From Hyphochytrium catenoides (Eukaryota > Protista > Hyphochytriomycota), in assembly GCA_900088475.1 (NCBI GenBank), contig FLMG01003792.1, forward strand, positions 1 to 64,000: DNA of 64,000 nucleotides. The letters are read 5' to 3'. Each line of letters begins with the position of its first letter. Position 1 is the stretch's first letter. Position numbers and translations under genes: made by a program. The notes beneath the pieces are model-generated. The model was not told the origin of the DNA. It saw only the letters and a program-made list of their open reading frames with translations, and searched no databases. Shown here one piece after another: positions 49,030-61,000 of this stretch.

Positions 49030-52000
49030 TTACTGACGGAGTCTCGCAGAGGTGTCTCCGCCGGAGAGAAGGCGTGCCATCTGATCACGATAACTTATGT
49101 CTGCATCCCCGTTCATATAGCTTAAACCCGCAGCCTGTAGGGTCTGGCAGTAGTCGGGCTTCTCGATGACGTTGAGATCTACTAGGCTCCGGCATATGGA
49201 ACTAATCCACATTGCCTTGATCGGCGTTGGCCTGAGAAGTCTCACTTCCACCTTGATCACTGACCTTGACCTCCCATTGTCCGCTAGGTTTGGCAAGCAC
49301 AACCCTTCAACCTTATTCAACAGAACGACCACGTGCTCCTCATTGAAACCAAATATCTGAGTGAGATGCAGGAGCACAGCATCATGCAGGAAGTGGAGCT
49401 GATCCCGGCTGGTCCACCATGAGTCGGAGTTATGAGCAAAAGCGAAGGCAAACTTCGTCGCGATGAATCTGGCGGGAACACTTCTTGTCTGCATCAGGCG
49501 TTTCTGGCGGATTGTATCTCCTGGTATGCACCGCGTTGCTAGCTTACTCATGGGCTGGGACCTGTATAAATAGTCATCCGGCGATTAAAGACACTTAGAA
49601 GATAACGAAACCGACATTGGAAAGACCGAGAAAATTATGACTATGGACAGACAGAAACCTTACCGGGTATAAATGAGTCGAACCACGCTGACCACTGAGC
49701 CGGAAGCTTGGTTTCCAGAGGTTTGTTGACCAGAGTCAATTCCTGGCTGCTGCGACGTCTTCCACTTGATAGGAAGAAGTTCAGACAGTCCCGGCTTGGG
49801 GCTTGAAGTGCTGCTGCTATTCATAGTACCAAGAAGGGGTGCTCTACTAGAGATAGTAGAGGGTCGTGGCTCCCACAGGAAACTAGATAAAGAATCTTCA
49901 CTATCCATCGATAGTGACTCGAGCACAAAGTCTTCCGCTACCTTGGAAGGGGCTGGCGGTAGAGGACTATGAAGAAGGTGGACAAGAAGAGTGACAGAAC
50001 TTCCACGTGTCAGATTCAGAGGCTCCGGCGTCTGGAATACCAACTCTTGGTCTCTCATAGGCAACAGACAGGAGAGGGTGAAGTTGACCCTTGCAAGGCC
50101 TTCAACGTAGATAGTTCCTGTAGCCTTGACGCAAGCGCCTCCCTCCGGTCCCCATGCAGCTGGAATGCTGACTCCTTTGAGGGTAAGGTCACGCTGAGCA
50201 CGTAACGAATAAGCGACACGACGATAGCTCCAGCTTTGAGTCAAAGAAAACGGCGTGCGGTGGTTAAATAGAGACATGGCTGACCATAAGCCATCTACAC
50301 TTTGATGTTCCCTGTTCACAAAGCAGAGACAACGTGAGCCAGTAACACAAGGATTCCATGTCGGAGGCAATTACGCTCACCTTTCAATCATCAGACTAAG
50401 TGCAGGATAGCTGCTGACTGGCTGACCAGAATCGGGGCCAAGATTCGCGGGCAAGGAGTCAAATCTTCCTTGGACGTTTAAGAAACGGGCTCCAGAAATA
50501 ATCATCTCAGGTTGCCCTTGGGTAAGGCTGGTCGTTGCGCAAAGGACATTAGAAGTTGCTGTGATGAGCGAGTACCGTCGACCAGGAACTAGGTCCCTGG
50601 ATACTCCAGGGAAGCCACAAAGTCTTCCATCTACTTTTCTAGATGGGGACAGCTGTGAGACCCTGGCCATGGTTAGAAGTATTCCGTCCTCAAAAAGGCC
50701 AACGTTGGGCTCTACTGCGTAAGGAGGGACCCAGGGAATTGCCGAGAGTCTCGTTGGTGAAAGGTATTCTTGCTGGATGCAGATACCACTAAGCTTTGCA
50801 GGTACGAAGAGATTAAAGTCTAAGGTCACATAGCCCTCGTTGCTTGAGACAGCGCAGGATGTTCCAGCAGGCAATGGGTTTGGTAGGCCCGAGTATGCTG
50901 TTCGAGGTGCTTCACTCAACATAGGGGCCTCTGGCCTCCTACGATTTAGCAGTTAAGGTGGCCATAAGTATGATGTCTTGATCAAGTAACATGAAGTGGT
51001 AAAGAGACAGCACAAAGGGCAAAACTAACCTTGTAAGGATGGGTGTCAGTGGACTTCCAGACTCTAGGTTGAGAGATGTGCCTAAAATGTCATCCTTGAA
51101 GCTTTGGGGACCAGAGAAGGTCCCAAAGGCATTGATAAAGGTGGAGTTAACTGAAGCCACTGATGCGGTAAAGCACCTATTGGATAGAACAATATAGATT
51201 GGACCTGCTTGAAGTAAGATGGGCTCCGCGAAGTATTCGGCTGCACCCTCAAGAACCTGGCTTCTATTTGAAAGCGTTAGGCTTCCTAATGTTGGGAAGA
51301 AAGTCTTATTAAAAAATCGGAGCAGGGCCAGACTGGTTGATGTCCAGTCTTCTCCAATGCGGTAAGGAGGGGCTCCAATACCCAGACCTGTCACTAATGC
51401 TTCTTGCTTGACTGTAAATGCAGTAGCGGTCCAAGCTGCGCTGCATGTAGAAGTGTTAGTTGGCGAAGGTAGCCACGAAGAGAGGAAGCCAAAGGCCCGA
51501 GGTGTGGGCTGTGGTGGCTCTAATGCGACAATATCAAATAATGGTGCAGTGATGGGGCCGCAGGATTGAGTGGCCGAATAACCGCTGACCCCTGGTGTGT
51601 TAGAGAATGTGGACGTGTTGACGGCATCGCCTGTCTGGTTACTCTCAAAAATTCTCTGGCAGGAGAACGAAGCCCACCGCAATTTCATCTGAGAGGCGGT
51701 AGGACCTGTCGCCGTCTCCCGATTCTCTACGAGTTCGAGGTACCGCATGGGCAAGACTGCAGTTAAGGAGTAGTGACTTCCGCCATTTAGTTGTGCAGAT
51801 CCACTTAGGCCGCTAAAGCGATAAGAATTTACGCGCTGGGAATCGGATGAGACATTGCTCTGGGCTAGGACTTTGCCTGTCATGGTCTCGTAGAGTCGAA
51901 GGGCTACTGATGCATCTCCCAAGCCTTCGCACAACAGGGGGCTTGCAACATCGAGAATTCCTAACCCTGTTACCGTAATGTTTGCGACTGGGACGAAGTC

Positions 52001-55000
52001 CATGCGAATCTCAGTGCTCTCTCGCACACACCGCGCCGCCGCGACCTTTGTTGGAGGTACGATATTGCCAATGATGGACTGCATCGCACTGTCACCACCA
52101 TACGGAGCAGCAATGAATGGCGTTAGTAAGATGGCTGGAGAATCATCCAGACCTCTTCGACTTACCTCTTGGGCACGAAAGAGAATACCATGGATGGCGT
52201 GCCACCGTCATTTACGCGCTTTGTTGGATCAAGCAGCTCAGCTGTGAGGTTGAAATGTGCTCGTTCTTCTGGTGTCTGTGGCAGGTTTACATAGCTATAG
52301 GAGTTCATGGTGTAGGGAGCTGAAGGACTTGCGCTAATGCCAAACGGAAGAGAGATATTAGGTAAAATAGCCCGCAAGTGGTATTGAAGTCCTCGAGTCA
52401 ACAGCTTCCTTTCGATAGGCTCCAAGAAGACCGATCTTGCGCTGTCAGCCGTAGCTGAGTATCTGCTTACGTCCGATCGAGCCAACAGCTTCGAACCCTG
52501 GAGCAGCTCCACCCTGATGCTAGAAAGATTCGTACCTGTGGGCATCATCATAATACAGAAGGCTAAGCAACGAGGTATGGTCACCTTATTCCTTGGAGTC
52601 TACTAGTATCAAAACCTACCACTTGTATTGAAAAAATACGTGGGCACACCGAGGCCGGTTAAGGTTATGTCAGAAGTCGGGGTGAATTGCATCGCTCTCG
52701 CCACAAAAACCATAGAAGCGTTCGACATCGGCAAGCCCCATCCTTGTGTGTGAGTGGTCTCTAGGAGATACTGCACGGAAAGATTGCCAAGGGGACGCTC
52801 CCTTGGGTATCTAAGATTGAAAAAGCAAAACGAGATGAGTATGGGCCCACGACTCATCGCCATCACGTTTCTTTCTCCATACCGGGTATAGATCGCCGAC
52901 ACAGGCGAGCAAGCTTGATAAGGCAATGCATTGTCCCACGATTGAGTCCAGAAGTCCCGTGGAAGACTGGTTGCCATTGAAGAAACGGCCATTCCGTACT
53001 CACGCTCATTGTTTGGTTCGATGGCTAATGGATGGAATTCTCCTAACACCGGGTCATACCTGTCTGAGCCCGCACAACTCAGTAGCACGGGCTCGTGCAT
53101 AAGAGCAGCCATGAAGTACATTTGTCCACGTCTCAGTAGAAGAGGCGACTCAAAGGAGGTTACCAGTCGGTTTCGAGTGACGTCTGACCAGTCCCCTAGG
53201 TAGACCGAAGCCAGCCGGGATCCGCTGATATAGGGTGCTGAGACCGAATAGGCCTCATAGATTCCAACGTGGTACGTCGGAGTTTGTGCCTCCATAGTAA
53301 ACGGTAGAGCCACGGCTGCACCAGTGAGTAGAACATCCTGTAGCGGCGTGAACTGGTACCCTACAATCAGGCTCCTCTCTTCATGTAACTTAGGACCACT
53401 GAATGGTACTATTGATGCAGGAGCAAGATACCCTTTAGGTTGATAATCGGGGCCGATGGCCTTGGATTTCCTGATGGTGATAGATGCGGAATGAAGTAGG
53501 AATCAGACATAAGTTATGGCGAGAAAAAATAAAAGTCGAGCTTATTATCTCTCAATAAGGTACGTACCGTGCAAACAAGAAGGTCAGTGGGACTTTGGGT
53601 GACTCAAGCACACTGCCAAGAGTAGTGGTGTTGTTATCTACACTTGAAGTCAACATTGTCACCATAGTATGTGTATAGTGTGTCACGGTGAGCTCGAAGG
53701 GCAGCACACCAGAAAGAGTGTAACGCAACCCAGGTTTAAGAGAGATTGACTGCCCCAAAGCACCATAGGCCATGTAGGAATTGGCTCCTTCATAGTCGAA
53801 TGAGAGTGAATCTGACATAGAAGGCGGAGGCTCTATCGACAACGAGAAGGAGGTCAGTAACTTCCCGGATCCTTGCTCGCTCAACTGGAGGGCGACGTTC
53901 GTCATGGCGGATTGAGTTAAGTTAGACCAACACCCTCCCGAGGGACTTGGAAGCACCGACCCAAAACTGGTGACCATTAGCTCTTGCTGCACAGTGAAGG
54001 TGAACGAATAGCTGGTCTGACGCTGATTACATAGGTGCACACTGGCAAATTTGAGGGCCGCCTCGCCAACCGGACCAGGTGCATGTCTGATAGGAGCGGA
54101 AAGGGAATCACTTCACGAGGAGACTCGATCCTGCACCGTGACATCTTAGCTTACCTTCGGAATTTTATAGTTAGGACTGGCACCTCTACTTCATCCCGCA
54201 AACCCGGACCGGGGCAGAAGCCACTCCTAGCTGTCCTATTACCAGCATACTGCAGGACGAGTTGTGGATCTAAACTAGCGGGAAGAGAGCTTGTGCCCTG
54301 ATAATATGCTATCGTGAATGCCGTGGTTTGACCACGGAATTGGGGTGACCTCTCGACATGGCGAGGCCCAGAACGGAGATATTTTCCCGGAACAGTAGCG
54401 GCCAGATAGTACGTCGTACCAGCGTGAAGAGTAAAGGTTCCTGGAAGATGGTAGTACGCATAGTCGTCGCCTTCGTGAAGAAAGGCAGCGAGTACGGACA
54501 GTCTGAAGCGGGTAGACCCTCGAAGTACCAAATTCTCATCGTAGATCCCCAGCTCCAGCCTTCCCATGTCTACGCTCGGGCTCCCCAGTTGGTGGAAGGC
54601 GTCCTCAAGAGCTTCACGCAGCAGGCCTACAGCTAACATGGATGTTGATATCTCTGGTTTGACCTGAAGCAGGGCAAGAGTATGGACTGTCTGGAGATCC
54701 TTTCGCACGACGGGGAAGAAGCCCTTTTGATCAAGGAAAAGAGGTGTTCCGACCCCCGAATAGAAAGAGTTGGACCTAGGAGAAAAGCCAGAGAAACGTA
54801 AGGGTTATTGTAAGGGTCGGCAGCGCAACTCGTCATGCCTGCTTCTAACCTGGTATACATGAAGCCAGCGCCATTCCAGAGGCCAGATATGGCCCAGGGT
54901 GCATTTCTCACAGCCGAGGTACAATTGAAGGATGTCCGCATGTCACATACAACGTCAAAGCGTATGGACTCCTCGGAGAACATTGACCATACTTGCGTTT

Positions 55001-58000
55001 GTGACATCTGTATAGTCAAAGACAGAGATGTCCGCAGAGCATACCTGCGCCCTCGGCGCAGTCGCACCGGTGGCCTCACTGACATATACCTAAAACCTCT
55101 AATCAGTTTTCCTCTTCTTGAACTAAATAACCCCTCAGCGACCACTTGATTTTGGTCATCCACCATCACTACAGCTTGAGTATCTCTAGTGTGGTTGGTA
55201 CATCCTAGGCAATTCTCCTGATTTAGATCTACCAGGCCCAGCGACGTTATAAGGATGTCTTCGTAAGGGTAAAAGTCAGTCGACATCAGCGGTCCAGCTA
55301 AGCTGTCCACCCTAATTACACTTGTATTCTGCATTGCTACTGCTTCAGTATCAAAGTCTTCATCTCTGTCGGAGGAAGACCTGACCAAGGAAAGAGCCAG
55401 TCAGAAGAATTAACGCCAAGCAACACAATTGAGCACTAGGTATCGTTTCAGACTTACCCGCCTCCGAAGGAGAGTTGTGGCACATAAGGCAGCAAGCACT
55501 GCGCGTTCCAGGTCAAAGAGGAGGTGACTGAACAAGAGGGGACAGAACATGTCCTCGACTCTCGGCGGAAGGCACTAATATTCATGCCGCGCACTCCCTC
55601 AGCTCTAACCGCGGCGTCCACCAGTTCCCAGTGTAGAGGTTTTGGGAGACCGCCTAGTTCTAGACCGCTACACCCTTCAAGGACTGAGGGGTAGCAACCA
55701 GATAGACCAAGTCGGTAATCGATCACCTTCACGTAATTGTTGCAGCCACTTGCCACATTCTGTGTAGCCAAGGTCATTGGAAGCTCAGCGGTCAGAGTAT
55801 ACGTGTATCCGGATTCCAAAAACAAGCTCCTGTTCAGGCTGAGATAATGACTGTAGGGGAACAGTGTGACGTTGACTAAGAGAGAGGGCGGTGATCCGCT
55901 CTTATAGATTGAGATTGGAATGGCAGCGGAAATGAAGTCCTGCTGCAACTTCATCGTCCTGTCTGGAGTAGGGAGAGTGTAGGAGTTGATGAACCCTTCC
56001 CGCTTAAAGTACAATCCCTGCACCTCTATTGTTCCCTTTGGTACGATAAAATCATAGCCCACTTTGCTGGTATCTACGGAAAGCAGAACCACAGACGCTG
56101 ACGCTGGAGGTGGAGCTGTTGGAGGTGGAGCCGTTGGAGGTGGGGCCCCACTGGGTGGTGGAGAAGGTTTTGACTGGGTATCATTACTGGGTGCCTCGCT
56201 GCCATAATGATTTCATAGAGGTTTTGGGCTTTATTAGCTCCTTGGCATGGGGAAATTAAAAGAAAAGCCTTTCACAAACCTGGTAGGAAGATACGTGAAT
56301 GTCATCAAAGCAGCAGGGTCCAAGGTCCAGGTCGAGTTCTCCCTTGTGTACCACATCGCGGTGCTGGAGTAAGGGTCATTCGCATACAGCCAGTGGCTAA
56401 TCCGGTGGCCGATCGTGATGTTCGGGTTGACCAGGAAAGACGCAGCCTGACGACTAGAGACATTGAAGACTGGGAGATTAGCAATTAGGAGGTATGAAGT
56501 ATTTGCCAGCAGTTGCGGCGCGGGGGGATAGTAAGCCGGTCCGCTAAAGCCACTAGTCCCGGGATAAGTGTTGAACGAGTTGTAGGCGTTTGTCTCAGCC
56601 CTTCGAAATCTGCCTCCAGCCGCCTCTACTATCGGATCAACTACCTCAACCACAGCGCGCGCAACTTCATAACCATATAAAGCATTATAGATGGCAATAG
56701 TCACGGGCCCATCCCAGCCTGAGGTTAATCCGGACGAACAATTATTCCATTGTGGCTCAACCACACCCAGCCCAGTGAGGGTCATATTCAAGCTTGGCCT
56801 GAACTCGTATCCCAACAAGACTCTACCCGGCTCTAGAGGTGCTCCGCTGATGGGTTTATTTCCTATGCTGGAGCTGGAAGGGCAAGAGTCCAGTAGCAAT
56901 TGGCCCATACGTCCAGCTGGAGTTCCCGATGGTTCTCCTGAGGGCCTGCAGAAGGGCAAGGGGACTTTACTTTGAACTACAGATCTTTGATGTATCGTAT
57001 TGAAAGATGACAGGTTTACCTCACGATAACCATGCTAACCGCAGAGAGATTTTCTCTAGCTAGCAATAGTTCGGCATCCCCTTTTATTGGCCACCAAGAG
57101 GGAATTTCAGCACTGTCAAGGCTTGAAGTCGTGTTAACTCTCGGCAGGGAGAAGAGAGTAGCATTGCCGACCCCCACAAGACTTGCTAAGGTTGACGTAT
57201 TTATCTCTCCTGCCGGTCCCAAGACCCCTCCATTGGAGATGTTTGCGAAAGTTGTTTGCCTGCGTCTCACAAAGGGAAGCAGAGCTAGAACGCCATAACG
57301 GCCTCCCGCTGGGAGAACCATCCCTGAGGGGAGGCCTCCCACATGCTGCATTTCCATGATCGCTGACCATCCACCTACCACGATGGATGCGAGAAGAGTC
57401 ATGTTGCCACTATCCGTAAGGTTATAGACTCCAATTTTCCCATAGAGCTCACGAGCATTTGCTAAATAGGTTCCATTTCCAACGCAAATGTCACCTGAAG
57501 CTCTGTATAGTCCGAAACCCTTAAGGAAAACAGTGCTTTCGGTTGAAAAAGTGAAGCCAGAATAGACACCGGAGTGGACCTTGATGTGGCAGATATCAGG
57601 ATTCCATCCAGTAGGGTTAGAAAGTGGGAATACGCTGCCGCTGCTCACCATTTTCGTGGTCGGTACCCTACAATAAGCCACAAGATTTGCGAAGTTAGTA
57701 GGACTTACAGCGGATGCAGACGAGGACGGAAAGGGCGCTAAGCTAAGCTCGGTACCTGTAGTAGAGGAAGTCTAGGAGACCCTTTATAGATTCATTTCTG
57801 CAAAATGATGCGAGACACGGCTGAAGGTTGAGGTTATACAATGTGTAGGGTAGACCATAATTGGCAGGTCCAGAGGACCCTAAGTCCTCGTAGCTATTTC
57901 GTGATGGGAAAGAGAAGAAAGACGACTCAATCTGTATAACGTCATCAGGACTCATCGTTGATGGAGGTTGCCCATTGCCATTTGATCTTGATGTGTTCAC

Positions 58001-61000
58001 GAAGTACGGAAGTCTGCCTACAATTGTATACCGCTCCCCTTTTCGCAGAATCATAGAGTTCTCAAATCTTAGGGAAGAGTAAATCGTCCCGCCCAACTCC
58101 TGCAGTCTGCGGCCGCTCCCCGGCCCCACGCGAGCGGAGTTTAGAAGATAGCCACGAGCATCGTAAATGCCCAATATACTTGACCATCGGGCACTGTAGA
58201 CCAGCTCTTCCGATTCCGTAGCGTCATACAGTCCCCTATCATTACCATTTATCACGTTGGTGATATTCTCTTCGTCACAAACCCCAGTCCATGCTACGGG
58301 GCTAGCAACGCCCATTGCGGCAATGTAAATATCAGCACGAACTGTGAAGGAGAAACCCGTTTCGACTGACTCCGCAACTCCACAGGAATCAAACGTTGGC
58401 AAAGGCTGGAATGGTTTGGCAAATGAGTACTCATAGCCCCTGTTGAAGGTGCGAATGAGAGGCAGGAGAGCGTTACGTTGATAGTTCAGTCGGGGATTGA
58501 TAAAAACAAGGCCACCGCTTTACACCTAGACCTATGCGTGATTGGATACACTTACCTCGCATATAAAATGTCAACGATTGGTAGCCAGGAGCCTTCCGAG
58601 TGCCAATAGTCAGATCCCGTTCCTGAAACTATCTGAGTAGCCGGCACTGGTGGGAGAGTCCAGGGGAGATCGTCCCCAGGAAGAAATCCCGTGGCTGGAG
58701 TGCGGAACTTGGAGAGTACGGTTAATCTCTCGTTCCAATTGGAACTTGCACTTCCTACAATTTCATAAGAGACCAGGGCAGTGACCGCATATCTTCTTCC
58801 CGGGTAGAGCGTAGTGGGTCCTTGGTCAAGGATACTGTAAGCAGCTCCCTCTGACATGTACTCCGGTCTAGCTGATGAAGCTGATCTATGAAAAATTTTG
58901 GTGGAACCAAGAAGGAGCCCTGAAGTCATATCATAAATGCCGACGGGTACCGCACTCTCCAACGGTAAAGCTCTCTCGCTACCATATACTGTTACTGGAC
59001 TCAGGACTCCTACAGCCGTAATCACCGTGGGCACGCGGACCGCTACTTCAAGGCCAACGAAGGAGCTGATAATAGGGTCTACTGTTCCATATACTGGGCT
59101 GCCTGAATAGTAGCTGATCAACGACTCACCCTCAACCGAACCAGTTGCTGGCCTGTATATAATACGAAGCGGTAGAAATGAGGAAAAAACTATGGGCGTC
59201 AGAGCGTGACAGAGATGCTGTGTCACTCCAATACTGGTACTTACCGCGTGTACAGGAAAGAGCTTGGGATGCTGATGCCTGCACTACCAAGTCCTTCTGA
59301 ACTGTTTCCACTTAAGAATTCACCCTGCCCTTCAGTGTTATTCCCAACATTTACCGATCTCGTAGCCCAGCCGTGAAGAAGGCGGCCTAATCTGAACCCC
59401 GCTCCCAAGAACGCAGGTGCCATTCTTATAGGAGCCGCAGAAAATGTGTCATACGGAGCCTCCACAACGATGGCATATTCAGTGTCTGGCCTCATTTGTA
59501 CCGGCGGCAGTACAGCCTCGTATAGGTAGCTGTCCTGATAGTGACTACCTGCTGTCACGGAGACAGAATGGACCATGATATTCCGCTGAACCTCCCATAC
59601 CGAGACTACAACTTGAGGGCTTAGCGAGTGTGGTGGAAAGAAATATTCTGAGGCTCCAAGAGCAGTCAGAAGAATACTTCTAGTTGGCCAGAACGTGATT
59701 CCGCTCGTATTCAACAAGGGTAAGTTCGAAGGTTCTTGACCAGCAATTATCACTGCATTTTCCCCCGCCACTGCAGTGCGCAACCTACGCGGAGGACGTC
59801 GGCAAACTAAGAAAGCACCAACGCACAATCAACTGTTGTTGTGTTTCACACGTACCTGTCAACAAACAACCTCGGCCTGTGGGAATAGTAAAGAGCACTT
59901 TCCGATCCGTCGATAGTAGTGTTAACGGTGTCATGAAGAGGTGGCTGACATGTTCCATTGACGCTCATGTCCATGCAAACGCCAGTTAGGCTCATGTTGA
60001 TGTGCGCCACCAGACGGGTCCACCACCACTCCAGATTGCCTTCGCCGCTCAACGGCTGGTAATACTCGGACTTAGCCAATGGCCAGGGCAAGGCTTCGCC
60101 AGAAATGTTCGGCGATGTGGTAGCGAGACCACCCAAATCCACACCAAACCTGTATCCGGACACTATGACGCTCTCTAGATTGGGGTTGGACGTACTTTCA
60201 GCCGTTAGGAGGACCATGGGCAACCGGACAAGCACACTATAACTCTTCCCTGGCGTAAGCACAATCGGAGGCTCTACTCTTGCGTGAGACTTGTAAGGCG
60301 CCAAAGTGATATTTGCAAGTGATGCTCCCGTCATCGTCTCGTAAAGCCAGAGAGTCAGAGGGCTGGACTGGAAGGTAGACTGCAGTAATGAAAGGTCAAC
60401 AGAAGTGTTTGAGTCTGGACTTGCACCATAATGAGAGATCACGTGACTGATTGTCCTGTTGAATTCAAGACCAAAGAGCTTCCAAGGACCGGATCCCCAT
60501 ACGGTGAAGTCGTAACCAGCAACATTTGGAACCGACGCAGCATAGAAAACTGGCTGTTGGATGACGGGTCTGGGTAGATCAGGAAAAGGTGTTGGTATGC
60601 CGCCTGTCGTCCCATTTGTACTTGATTGGTTGTCAACCTGCTGCCATTGGCTGTGAAGTAGATTATTAGAGCATTCACGCAGTATATTGCTTCTAAAAAC
60701 TACTAAAACGTTACCTTGGTAGCGGTGGAAGGTACGAGAAGCTTAGCAGCCGAGCGGGATCCAAACAGAAGTCATTCACGCTGTAGCTGGCGTTGACGTC
60801 CTGCGGATGCCAGACATAGCGGGACGCGTAGAAGGAGTCATAGCCTACGCTAAAGGGCCCACTCGATAACCGAGACCCGACGGTGATATTACTTCCAACA
60901 AATAGGTTGGAGGACTCATATGCGCAGCTACCGGGATAGAAGGCAGTCGCTGGGACGTTTGCCACTAAAGAGTAAATTCTGTTTGGCTGCAGGACCACTC

